Shown: piece by piece, positions 18,284-27,402 of the stretch | Numbering within the stretch: the stretch's first letter is position 1 | Layout of the letters: each line of letters starts with the position of its first letter | Made by a program: the position numbers and the translations under genes | NCBI GenBank assembly: GCA_013044385.1 | Contig: JABEUN010000068.1 | Location: 7,466 to 71,465 of the forward strand | Reading direction: 5' to 3' | Length of the DNA stretch: 64,000 bases | DNA from: Acidimicrobiaceae bacterium | GTDB lineage: Bacteria; Actinomycetota; Acidimicrobiia; Acidimicrobiales; Acidimicrobiaceae | Notes under the pieces: generated by a model | What the model saw: only the letters and a program-made list of their open reading frames with translations | The model's database searches: none | What the model was told of the DNA's origin: nothing

Positions 18284-21200
18284 ATGGAACCGACTTTGTC
18301 GAAGATCTTCTACATAACAAATGCAGACACGGAACTATTGGCGATGCGGAGTGTCTGGGAGTCACTACCAGACGGGTTCCCCGAACTGCTCGTTCGAAGG
18401 ATGAGCGAATTTACTCCCGGACTCAGCGGTCCCATAGATCGAGATACCGTCGTAATCCTCCGCCTGTTGGGGGGCCGTGGTGGAGATCCGGAGGTAGATG
18501 CGATAGCAAATTGGACCAAGTTGTCTGGCGCTAAACTTCTCGCCTTTCCCGGCGAAGCGGGCTTCGATGACCAGCTTGCCGAGATGTCAGACGTTCCGGG
18601 CGGTACCTACAAGACCGCATTCACATACCTCGTCCAAGGCGGACTTGCGAATATAGAAAACCTGCTTCTGTTCGTTGCAGACACTCTGCTTGGGTACGGC
18701 TTTGGCTTCAAGGAGCCTGCTTTGGTACCACCTTCGGGAGTGTTCCTCAGTTTGAGATGCGGCATTGAACAAGCGCCAAAAGCTGTGATTGTCTTCTATA
18801 GGGCACATCTGATCTCGTCAAATACCTCCTTCATCAGGGACCTAGCGGAGTCCATCGGTGCAACGGGCATGGATGTGGATGCCTACTTTTGCTACTCCTT
18901 GCGCTCGAACTCGGACCTTTCTGGGGCCTCCCCCGCAGATGAGATACGTGGTCTTAGCCCCGACGTGGTTGTCACAACGGTCCTTTCAGCCGGAGGCTAT
19001 GACGATGACGAGGTCTCGTGGAATGCGGGCGAGCTTGCGGAACTCGGCGTGCCAATTCTCCAGGGTATTGCATCAACGTCATCCCGTGAAACTTGGTCCA
19101 CTTCTGACTTCGGGCTGAGTCCAATGGACGCAGCTATGACGGTGGCAATTCCGGAATTCGACGGCAGGATAATATCGGTGCCGTTCAGTTTCAAAGAGAC
19201 CATAGATGACGACACCGGCTTTGGAACTTCGATTACCGCATATAGGTCCGATCCATCGGGCCTAGCCGCTGTGGCCAGCCAGGTAGAGAGATTGAGCAGA
19301 TTGAGGCGCCTGAAGAATTCGGAGAAGCGAATAGCTGTGGTGCTCAGTGCCTATCCAACTAGGAAATCTAGGCTCGGCAACGCCGTCGGACTTGACACTC
19401 CACAAAGTGCGGTACTCCTGCTGGACCGACTTAAAGCTGAGGGGTACGCCGTGGATGGATACCCTACTGACCCCACAGAGCTCATGGAGATGTTGGGGGA
19501 CTTGATCGATTACGAAAGTGAGTCTGTCTCCTCAGGAGCCGATCATGGGATCTCGTGGAGTACTCAAAAGTACTCGGCAGTCTTCTCCTCGTTCCCCGAA
19601 CTTGTCAAGGACGAAGTAGAACGGGCTTGGGGTGCCTGCCCAGGTTCGGCATACGTGCAGGACGATCTGTTCAGGTTTCCGGCCATCAGCTTCGGTAACG
19701 TGGTGGTAGCGATACAGCCTCCTAGGGGCTATGGCGAGAATCCGATTGCTATCTATCACTCCGCAGAACTTGCACCGACGCACCACTACCTTGCCTTTTA
19801 TAGGTGGTTGGATCTGGAATTCGGAGCGAATGCGATCATCCACCTCGGTAAACATGGAACTTTGGAGTGGTTGCCCGGGAAAAGCCTCGGACTATCTGAA
19901 AGCTGTTATCCGGAGGTCGCCCTAGGCGGAGTCCCGTTCGTCTATCCCTTCATTGTCAACGATCCCGGCGAGGGCACCCAGGCAAAGCGTAGGAGTCACG
20001 CCGTCATCATCGACCACATGGTGCCTCCACTGACTCGGGCCGGCTCCTATGGGTCGATAGTCCAGTTGGAGGACCTCCTGGATGAGCATCAGAGGGTGTC
20101 TGCTCTTGATCCATCGAAGCTTCCAATGCTTAGAAAGGAGATCTGGGCACTGATGGAGGAGAATCGGATCACGCAGGATTTGGGCCTGGATGGCTCTGTC
20201 GCCCGATTCGAAGAACCCGAATTCGATGCTCTCGTCTCCGAAATAGATGGATATCTATGCGAGCTGAAAGACGCAGTGATCCGTGGTGGTCTGCACGTCC
20301 TCGGGTCAGCACCTGATGGCGATCTACTGGTTGAAACTGTCGTGGCGATCACTCGGGCAGACCAGATCAGGGCCGTATCGCTAAGGGGAGCTGTAGCCAG
20401 ATGGATGGGGATAGACCTCGATTCGGAGATGGACAGCGTCGACCTCGTGGATGCTCAAGTTACGACGATTGTGGCTCAATTGGCCGATTCCAACTGGGAC
20501 GTCGACCAGATTTCATCGGGGTTTGGCGAAGAGGTGGCAACGACGCTGAAGTGGGTCTGTACAGAACTCGTGCCGGCGATCTTAGGGTCAGATGCAGAGA
20601 TGACCTCGGTCATGGCGGCAATTTCAGGTCGGTTCATAGAACCCGGACCTTCGGGCGCTCCAAGCCGTGGTATGGCCCACGTACTTCCGACCGGTAGGAA
20701 CTTCTACTCAATCGATCCTCGTGGCGTCCCCTCCCGCTTCGCGTGGCGAGTGGGCCAGCAGTTGGCCGATGGTCTAATCGAGCGCTTCAGACAGGACACG
20801 GGTACTTTTCCGAGATCGGTCGGCTTAGTGATCTGGGGTACGTCTGCGATGCGTACTGGAGGAGACGACATCGCCCAGGTCCTTGCCCTGTTGGGTGTGA
20901 AGCCTGATTGGGATGGTGAATCATCGAGGGTGACCGGCCTGCATGCAATACCTCTTGCGGAACTAGGTAGACCCAGGGTCGATGTGACTTGCAGGATCTC
21001 CGGATTCTTTCGAGATGCGTTCCCCCAGGCTGTTCGTCTACTCGACGAAGCCTTCGAACTGGTTGCTGGACTTGACGAACTCGGCCAAGCCAACCCATTA
21101 GTGGGTACAGCGGGTACGCCAAGAATTTTCGGGCCGCCACCAAGAGCTTATGGATCTGGGATACTCCCTCTCCTTATCTCTCAGAACTGGCGGGGCGATG

Positions 21201-21829
21201 AGGACCTAGCCGAGGTGTATTTGAATTGGAGTGGTTTCAGCTATGGGAGGTCACATTATGGACTTCCTGCGAGAGAACAGCTCTCCGCCCGCCTCTTCGA
21301 GATGGAGGTGGCCGTCAAGAATCAGGACAATCGGGAGCACGATATCTTCGACTCGGACGATTATCTGCAGGAGCATGGAGGGATGATTGCGGCCGGTCGC
21401 GTCTTGAAGGGACAAAGTCCGCTTTCGTACTTCGGCGACTCCTCCAACGTCGAGCACCCGAAGGTAAGAAGTCTCGCAGAGGAAGCAGCAAGGGTGTTTC
21501 GTTCGAGGGTAGTAAATCCGAAGTGGATCGGGGCGATGATGCGACACGGCTACAAGGGTGCTTTCGAGATGGCCGCTACGGCGGACTATCTGTTCGGATA
21601 CCAGGCGACGGCTGGTGTTATCAAGGACTGGATGTTCGATGAGATGACGACTGCGTACGTATCTGACCCAAATGTCTCAGAGTTTTTTCGACTGAATAAT
21701 CCTGATGCATTGGCGTCGATATGTGAACGACTCCTCGAGGCAGCCGGAAGGGGCTTGTGGACTCCCCGCCCTGAGTCAGTGGACACCCTGCGGAGGGCAC
21801 TACTAGCTGCGAGAGGATGGTCGGAGTAG
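18284..21829 (+). CDS. cobN: Cobaltochelatase large subunit CobN
   Basis: 1181 aa of the CobN/ChlH family (ADTELLA near the N-terminus, HLGKHGTLEWLPGK, VLPTGRNFYS). Confidence 0.9.
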   Translation: MEPTLSKIFYITNADTELLAMRSVWESLPDGFPELLVRRMSEFTPGLSGPIDRDTVVILRLLGGRGGDPEVDAIANWTKLSGAKLLAFPGEAGFDDQLAEMSDVPGGTYKTAFTYLVQGGLANIENLLLFVADTLLGYGFGFKEPALVPPSGVFLSLRCGIEQAPKAVIVFYRAHLISSNTSFIRDLAESIGATGMDVDAYFCYSLRSNSDLSGASPADEIRGLSPDVVVTTVLSAGGYDDDEVSWNAGELAELGVPILQGIASTSSRETWSTSDFGLSPMDAAMTVAIPEFDGRIISVPFSFKETIDDDTGFGTSITAYRSDPSGLAAVASQVERLSRLRRLKNSEKRIAVVLSAYPTRKSRLGNAVGLDTPQSAVLLLDRLKAEGYAVDGYPTDPTELMEMLGDLIDYESESVSSGADHGISWSTQKYSAVFSSFPELVKDEVERAWGACPGSAYVQDDLFRFPAISFGNVVVAIQPPRGYGENPIAIYHSAELAPTHHYLAFYRWLDLEFGANAIIHLGKHGTLEWLPGKSLGLSESCYPEVALGGVPFVYPFIVNDPGEGTQAKRRSHAVIIDHMVPPLTRAGSYGSIVQLEDLLDEHQRVSALDPSKLPMLRKEIWALMEENRITQDLGLDGSVARFEEPEFDALVSEIDGYLCELKDAVIRGGLHVLGSAPDGDLLVETVVAITRADQIRAVSLRGAVARWMGIDLDSEMDSVDLVDAQVTTIVAQLADSNWDVDQISSGFGEEVATTLKWVCTELVPAILGSDAEMTSVMAAISGRFIEPGPSGAPSRGMAHVLPTGRNFYSIDPRGVPSRFAWRVGQQLADGLIERFRQDTGTFPRSVGLVIWGTSAMRTGGDDIAQVLALLGVKPDWDGESSRVTGLHAIPLAELGRPRVDVTCRISGFFRDAFPQAVRLLDEAFELVAGLDELGQANPLVGTAGTPRIFGPPPRAYGSGILPLLISQNWRGDEDLAEVYLNWSGFSYGRSHYGLPAREQLSARLFEMEVAVKNQDNREHDIFDSDDYLQEHGGMIAAGRVLKGQSPLSYFGDSSNVEHPKVRSLAEEAARVFRSRVVNPKWIGAMMRHGYKGAFEMAATADYLFGYQATAGVIKDWMFDEMTTAYVSDPNVSEFFRLNNPDALASICERLLEAAGRGLWTPRPESVDTLRRALLAARGWSE

Positions 21830-23715
21830 TCATGGAGCACGATGCGAAGCCGATTGGCTACCCGTTCTCTGCTGTTGTGGGACAGGACTCGCTCAAATTG
21901 GCGCTACTTCTTGTGGCGGTGGACCCGGCGATCGGTGGGCTTCTGATAGTTGGGGAGAGGGGCTCTGGTAAGTCGACGCTTGCCCGCGGCGTGGCTGAAC
22001 TGCTGGGCGATTCGTCACCTTTCATCGAGCTTCCCGTCGGTTCGACGGAGGACCGGGTTGTTGGGTCACTTGATCTCGGTGTCGCGATGTCGGAAAGCCG
22101 AGAGGAGTTTAAGCCAGGTTTGATGATTCAGGCCGACTGCGGAGTCATCTACATAGACGAGGTCAACCTGCTGCAGGACCACATAGTCGACCTCCTTCTC
22201 GACTCGGCGGCCAGCGGTGTCGTCCGTGTCGAACGCGATGGATTCTCGATCTCCAGACGTTCGAGGTTCGTGTTGTGCGGTTCGATGAATCCCGAAGAAG
22301 GCGAGTTGAGGCCACAGCTGCTGGACCGATTTGGTATCTCAGTAGTTGTGGGCGGCCTTCGGGATCTAAAAACTCGTTCCGAGGCGGTCACACGCAGAAT
22401 TCGCTTCGATGAGGACCCCATTGGCTTTGTGTCCGAGTTCGTCGAAGAGACCGAGGCGATCAAGGAGCGGGTCAAGACGGCGAGATCGATCCTGGCAATG
22501 GGTGCTCTAGATCTTTCCGATCTGGTGCGCCTATCCAATATCGCTGCTCGAATTTCACTCGCTGCTGGGGTCGAGGGAATGAGGGCCGATCTGGCCATAT
22601 TGCGCTCGGCTCGAGCATACGCGGCACTTGACGGCAGGTCCTCGATCTCCGAAGACGACCTCTACGAGGTAGCTCCGTTCGCGCTGGCTCATAGAACGAG
22701 GAAGCACAACGATTCGCCTCCAGTTACTGATCCATCAGGTCGCCCAAATGATCGAGATGGAAGTTCAAAAGATACCGGTTCAGATGAGGATAAGAAGTCC
22801 GAGGTCGAGTTGCCTGACTCAGCATCAGCAGGGGAGAACGACGGCCGAGGTTCAGATTCTGATACGACAGAGGGACCGACTCAAACCAGTGGGGGTGACT
22901 TTGCTGGTCCAGAAGGAGAGCTAGCCAACCAGGATATTGACGATGATGGAGGTGTACGCGGTTTTCACACTCGAGGGATAATTCCCCGCTCGGCGGCTCG
23001 CTCAGATCTTGCCGACACGTCGAGGAAAGTGAAGCCTGGCGTCGGGGTTACCACCGAAAGGCAGGATGGCGCTCCACTTGCGGTGAGGGAATCCCTGATA
23101 TCAGGAGTAAAGGCGAAAGAGAGACTCGACAGTGGCGTAGCTGGAAGGTCCTTTGGCCAGCTCCTTTTCAGGCGACTTCTTGTTTCCGAGGAGAGATGTG
23201 TGCTCTTTGTGATCGACTGCTCAGGCTCAATGAGTGCGAACAGTCGGATAGAAACCGCCAGGACTGCTATTGATTCGCTACTTGGTGACTCGTATGTAAA
23301 AAGGCACAGCGTCGCGATTGTCAGCTTTTCTGGAAGCCAGTCGGAGGTGGCTTTGATGCCTACTAGGAGCATCGAGGTGGCAGATGCGAGGTTGGAGCAG
23401 CTGAGACGCGGTGGCAAGACCCCCCTGCATCTGGGTCTGCTTCGCGCTATCGAGCTCTCCAAGAGACTTCGATCCAAGGGTGTGGAGCCGTTTTGGGTGC
23501 TACTTACAGATGGAATGGCGTCATGGGCCCCCAGCGGTGAGAGTCCGGTCGACTTGGCTCTTGATGCGGCTCACGCTGTAGCGGAGTCGAGCATCGAAGG
23601 AATTGTTTTAGATTTTGATTCCGATAGCGGAGCGAGTTTCGAGGGACTCTTAAAGGTAGGGATCAGTCAAGAGATCGCCGCCGCGTCAAAGCTGGGGTAC
23701 CTGAGACTTGAGTGA
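21817..23715 (+). CDS. Chelatase ATPase subunit, ChlI-like AAA+ domain fused to a ChlD-like vWA domain
   Basis: 632 aa with Walker A GERGSGKST, an acidic low-complexity linker and a C-terminal vWA domain with MIDAS (VIDCSGSMS). The start could instead be ATG 21832, just after the cobN stop. Confidence 0.85.
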   Translation: MVGVVMEHDAKPIGYPFSAVVGQDSLKLALLLVAVDPAIGGLLIVGERGSGKSTLARGVAELLGDSSPFIELPVGSTEDRVVGSLDLGVAMSESREEFKPGLMIQADCGVIYIDEVNLLQDHIVDLLLDSAASGVVRVERDGFSISRRSRFVLCGSMNPEEGELRPQLLDRFGISVVVGGLRDLKTRSEAVTRRIRFDEDPIGFVSEFVEETEAIKERVKTARSILAMGALDLSDLVRLSNIAARISLAAGVEGMRADLAILRSARAYAALDGRSSISEDDLYEVAPFALAHRTRKHNDSPPVTDPSGRPNDRDGSSKDTGSDEDKKSEVELPDSASAGENDGRGSDSDTTEGPTQTSGGDFAGPEGELANQDIDDDGGVRGFHTRGIIPRSAARSDLADTSRKVKPGVGVTTERQDGAPLAVRESLISGVKAKERLDSGVAGRSFGQLLFRRLLVSEERCVLFVIDCSGSMSANSRIETARTAIDSLLGDSYVKRHSVAIVSFSGSQSEVALMPTRSIEVADARLEQLRRGGKTPLHLGLLRAIELSKRLRSKGVEPFWVLLTDGMASWAPSGESPVDLALDAAHAVAESSIEGIVLDFDSDSGASFEGLLKVGISQEIAAASKLGYLRLE

Positions 23716-23735
23716 AATATAGACCCAGCGGGATT

Positions 23736-23767
23736 CCGTTTCTGCTACAGTCGTAGTAAGAAAACGG
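23736..23767 (+). terminator. Stem-loop after the cobN-chlID operon (possible terminator)
   Basis: CCGTTTCTGCTAC-AGTC-GTAGTAAGAAAACGG forms about 13 bp with two single-nt bulges, 20 nt after the stop. There is no clear U-tract. Confidence 0.35.
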
Positions 23768-23814
23768 CGGTCAGGGAGTGACCGACTTTGGCGTCTACCC
23801 AAGGAGGGGTCACC

Positions 23815-24732
23815 GTGCAGAACGGCTCACTTAGCGTAAGTAAAGGTTCAACCAGCTGGGTTCGCCGCTTACTTGGTCGTCTCTTCAGGTTGTCGTTGGC
23901 GAGTCCGATTTTGCTGACTGCGATTCCACAGCATCCGCAATTTTCCTTGACCGGAGTGGAGGTGGTGCAAGGAGGTGCACCCGGACAGATCGTCATATCT
24001 GTGACCGGTGGCGACATATCCCAAGGTGGTGGGTCGGCGACTCTCAGCGGCTCGACCGGCTCGGCAAGTGGGAAGGAAAAGCCCAAGCCGGCAGGTCCAG
24101 GTGGGGCCGCTGGATACGGGGTGACCATCGTGCAACCTCCTCATGCGAATCCATGCGTATTGTTGGTTCCGACGGTAGTAAATTCATCGGGCGGTGCGAG
24201 CCTTGGTGCGGCAGCGGACATGCTGGTGCAGCGTTACCTGATCAATAAGTACGGCATTTGCAAATCCGGCTCTGGCACGGCAGTCAATGTTGTCACTCCC
24301 TCTGATGTTGCACTTAGCGTCTGGGACCAGCAAATCGTCCGGCAGCTTCCTTCTCCCACACCGACACTTCCTCCTGGATATGGCGTAGTTGGGATCGAAG
24401 GTTTTCTGCTGTCCAACGATTCCAACTTGGCAAGATTTTCAGTGCCGACAGTTTTGGGTCAGATGAGCATCTCTGCTGTAGGGAGCTACATGGTTTCATT
24501 CGATGGGGGCCAAGCCTTTGAGGGTCCGTACCAGACACCTGGAGCAAGTTGGCCAACTGGTGGCATCGGCCACATGTTCTCCCAGGCGGGACCACACGAG
24601 CTGATCGATCAGGAGAATTGGAGTGGTACATGGTCTCTCGATGGAGCCTCTGGGCCACTTCCTCAACTCGAGACGGTTGGTTACTTGCAGAACCTGAATG
24701 TGTACAGCCTCGTAGCGCTTAGAACCAGCTAA
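23815..24732 (+). CDS. Hypothetical exported or membrane-anchored protein
   Basis: The ORF is open from 23788. I prefer GTG 23815, 7 nt after AAGGAGG. It has a basic N-terminus plus a hydrophobic segment (WVRRLLGRLFRLSLASPILLTAIP), then a Gly/Ser-rich linker and a 200-aa domain with no recognised motif. Confidence 0.5.
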   Translation: MQNGSLSVSKGSTSWVRRLLGRLFRLSLASPILLTAIPQHPQFSLTGVEVVQGGAPGQIVISVTGGDISQGGGSATLSGSTGSASGKEKPKPAGPGGAAGYGVTIVQPPHANPCVLLVPTVVNSSGGASLGAAADMLVQRYLINKYGICKSGSGTAVNVVTPSDVALSVWDQQIVRQLPSPTPTLPPGYGVVGIEGFLLSNDSNLARFSVPTVLGQMSISAVGSYMVSFDGGQAFEGPYQTPGASWPTGGIGHMFSQAGPHELIDQENWSGTWSLDGASGPLPQLETVGYLQNLNVYSLVALRTS

Positions 24733-25502
24733 GCGCCCACGGCGTGGAAGCCTCCATCTACGTGAATCACCTCTCCTGTTGTCGACGGGAAGAAGTCCGA
24801 AAGTAGAGCGACCGACGACCTCGCCACTGCGTCATTAGACTTCGGGTCCCATCCAAGAGGTGCCTTGTCCCCCCAATTGTCCTGGAAGGAGGAGAAGCTA
24901 CCGACCGACCTAGCAGCGATGGTGCGGATCGGACCAGCGCTGATGAGGTTGACTCGTATTCCCTTAGGCCCGAGGTCACGTGCCAGATATCTGCACAGTG
25001 ACTCAAGCCCAGCCTTGGCCACGCCCATCCAGTTGTAACCGGGCCATGCGACAGTTGCGTCGAAGTCCAAGCCGATGACAGATGGCGTTTTGCCGCGCTC
25101 TAATAGCGGAAGGACTGACTTGGTCAACGAAGCGAACGAGTAGGTAGATATCTGGATTGCGGTCGCTACGTCGGGCCAAGATGCGTCGAACATCTCACCG
25201 TCGATGCAGGTATTGGGAGCGTAGCCTATGGAGTGGACGACGCCGTCCAAGGAGTCCCACCTTACTGAAATTCGTTCGGCCAGCGATGCCAAGTCCTCCT
25301 CACTCGACACGTCGAGCTCGATCACTTCGGGGGGAGTTGGAAGCTTCTTTGCTGCGCGCTGGGTTATCGAGAGTCCCCGTCCGAAGCCGGTAAGGATCAC
25401 CTCGGCACCCTGTTCTATTGCGACCTTCGCTATCCCAAAGGCGATTGAGGAGTCGTTCAATACTCCGGTCACCAGTAGTCTGCGCCCTTCAAGAATCGCC
25501 AT
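24729..25502 (-). CDS. fabI: Enoyl-[acyl-carrier-protein] reductase (NADH), InhA/FabI type
   Basis: The homologous region begins at MAILEGRRLLVTGVLNDSSIAFGIAKVAIEQGAEVILTGF (ATG at 25502). The 77 codons upstream in the track ORF look non-coding. Confidence 0.85.
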   Translation of the reverse strand: MAILEGRRLLVTGVLNDSSIAFGIAKVAIEQGAEVILTGFGRGLSITQRAAKKLPTPPEVIELDVSSEEDLASLAERISVRWDSLDGVVHSIGYAPNTCIDGEMFDASWPDVATAIQISTYSFASLTKSVLPLLERGKTPSVIGLDFDATVAWPGYNWMGVAKAGLESLCRYLARDLGPKGIRVNLISAGPIRTIAARSVGSFSSFQDNWGDKAPLGWDPKSNDAVARSSVALLSDFFPSTTGEVIHVDGGFHAVGA

Positions 25503-25579
25503 GCAACCTCTCCTGTCTAGACTCCACAAAGTTAGCGTCAACTGATGCCATGAAGTGCAATTTACCGTTGAATTAGGAA

Positions 25580-26248
25580 ATGAGGCCGCAGTTGAGTATC
25601 GGCATTGTAGGTGGTACGGGTCCAGCTGGGTCGGCGCTTGCACTCCGCTTGGCATCCATCGGTCATCAGGTGCTTCTGGGCTCCAGAGAACCTGATAAGT
25701 CGGTCTCGCTCGTGTCGGATCTGGTCGGGTCACAAGCGGGAATGAAGCTAGACCTCGTCGGAGCTAGCAACGAGATGGCTGCTTCCTGCGATATAGTCGT
25801 GGTCGCCACCCCGTGGGACTCCATGGGTAAGGCGATCAGTCCTTTTCTTCATCTCCTAGAAGGCAAGATCGTAATCTCCATGGCGAACGCCCTTAGCAGG
25901 GTGGGTGGCGAACTTCAGGCTACGATTCCAGCCCGAGGCTCTGCGGCACAGACCCTTCAGGCTTCGATCCCAGGAGCTATGGTCGTAGCGGCCCTTCATC
26001 ACCTACCGGCCAAAGAACTTGGAGAGTTGGGGACGCCGCTCGACGCCGACGTGCTGGTCTGTTCGGACCACCGAAGTGCTGCGACAGCTGTTATCGAACT
26101 GATTAGCGGGATTCCCGGGGTCCGTTGTTTTGACGCAGGTAGCCTTTCTCAGGCAGGGCCGATTGAAGCTATGACGGCAGTCTTGATTAACCTCAATATT
26201 CGGTACAAGACCCGATGCGCGATCCGCATCACGGGTATCAAGCAGTAG
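25580..26248 (+). CDS. npdG: NADPH-dependent F420 reductase
   Basis: 222 aa: IGIVGGTGPAGSALALRLASIGHQVLLGSREPDK, with NpdG/FNO-like layout and length. Confidence 0.75.
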   Translation: MRPQLSIGIVGGTGPAGSALALRLASIGHQVLLGSREPDKSVSLVSDLVGSQAGMKLDLVGASNEMAASCDIVVVATPWDSMGKAISPFLHLLEGKIVISMANALSRVGGELQATIPARGSAAQTLQASIPGAMVVAALHHLPAKELGELGTPLDADVLVCSDHRSAATAVIELISGIPGVRCFDAGSLSQAGPIEAMTAVLINLNIRYKTRCAIRITGIKQ

Positions 26249-26266
26249 CCACTAGGGAGAAGGCAG

Positions 26267-27379
26267 ATGCAGATTTATGATACGGCCGCGCAAAGAAAGG
26301 TGGAGCTCGATCTGGGGCCGGTCGTCCGAATGTACACCTGTGGAATTACCCCATATGACGCAGCACACATCGGCCATGCCTCGGTCTACCTGACGTTCGA
26401 CCTACTTCAGCGTCGACTCAGGGATCTTGGCCACCAGACCCTCTGCGTGAGAAATGTGACAGATGTCGACGACGACATTCTCAGGAAGTCGCGCGAACTT
26501 GGAGTTTTCTATCTCGACCTAGCGGCATCGGAGATGGCCAAATTCGACAAGAGTATGAATGCTCTCGAGGTCGTGGCGCCGCACTCTGAACCGCGGGCAA
26601 CTTCGGCGATCTCTGAAATCCTCACCCTCGTAGACCAGCTGATGAGCAGGGGTCACGCTTACAGGTCCGGTGGATCGGTTTACTACGACGTCACGACGGC
26701 AAAGGACTTCGGCAAGATCAGCCACTACAGCTTGGAGACCATGCTCGAATTGGCCGCCGAGCGGGGTGGCAAGCCGGAGGACTCTAATAAACGCAATCCG
26801 CTCGACTTTATCCTATGGCAGGAGTCGGCTCCCGGTGAGCCGTCGTGGGACTCCCGGTGGGGCAGTGGTCGTCCAGGTTGGCATATTGAGTGCTCCGCAC
26901 TGGCAATGAGGGACCTAGGTGAGACCATCGACATCCACGGCGGCGGATCCGACCTGATCTTTCCTCACCACGAGTGCGAGGCTGCCCAAGCGGAGTCTGT
27001 CACCGAGAAAACATTCTCCCGATACTGGATGCATGTCGGAATGGTCAACCTTGATGGTGTGAAGATGTCCAAATCACTTGGAAATCTCGTTTTCGTTGGT
27101 GATCTGGCTGAGATGCACGATCCAAGGGTGGTTCGGCTAGCGATCATTTCCAACCACTATCGTCACCCATGGGAATGGAGAGACGAGCTCATATCAGTTG
27201 CCGAGCGACGACTCTCAGCCATTATTGCGGCGGGAGTAGGTGATGGAGCCTTAGATGAAGTACGTCGGGCAATGGACGATGACCTTGACATACCTACAGC
27301 TCTGCAAGCCATTGACATTGCCATTGAACGGGGAGAAGGCGTGTCCCGAGCTGCTGAACTGCTTGGGGTCCGGATCTAA
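26267..27379 (+). CDS. mshC: L-cysteine:1D-myo-inositol 2-amino-2-deoxy-alpha-D-glucopyranoside ligase (mycothiol ligase)
   Basis: 370-aa class I aaRS fold (HIGH = AHIGHA, KMSKS present). MshC-type blocks: VRNVTDVDDDIL, ERGGKP...ILWQESAPGEPSWDSRWGSGRPGWHIEC, GGGSDLIFPHHECEAAQAE. It lacks the CysRS anticodon-binding domain. Confidence 0.8.
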   Translation: MQIYDTAAQRKVELDLGPVVRMYTCGITPYDAAHIGHASVYLTFDLLQRRLRDLGHQTLCVRNVTDVDDDILRKSRELGVFYLDLAASEMAKFDKSMNALEVVAPHSEPRATSAISEILTLVDQLMSRGHAYRSGGSVYYDVTTAKDFGKISHYSLETMLELAAERGGKPEDSNKRNPLDFILWQESAPGEPSWDSRWGSGRPGWHIECSALAMRDLGETIDIHGGGSDLIFPHHECEAAQAESVTEKTFSRYWMHVGMVNLDGVKMSKSLGNLVFVGDLAEMHDPRVVRLAIISNHYRHPWEWRDELISVAERRLSAIIAAGVGDGALDEVRRAMDDDLDIPTALQAIDIAIERGEGVSRAAELLGVRI

Positions 27380-27402
27380 CCTATAAGGAGAAATTTCGGA
27401 GG

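Noticed and set aside
25503-25733. 77-codon N-terminal extension of fabI in the ORF track (start at 25733), which would overlap the divergent npdG gene.
   Set aside because: Similarity to InhA/FabI begins exactly at MAILEGRRLLVTG (ATG 25502). The extension is low-complexity and overlaps the start of npdG on the other strand.
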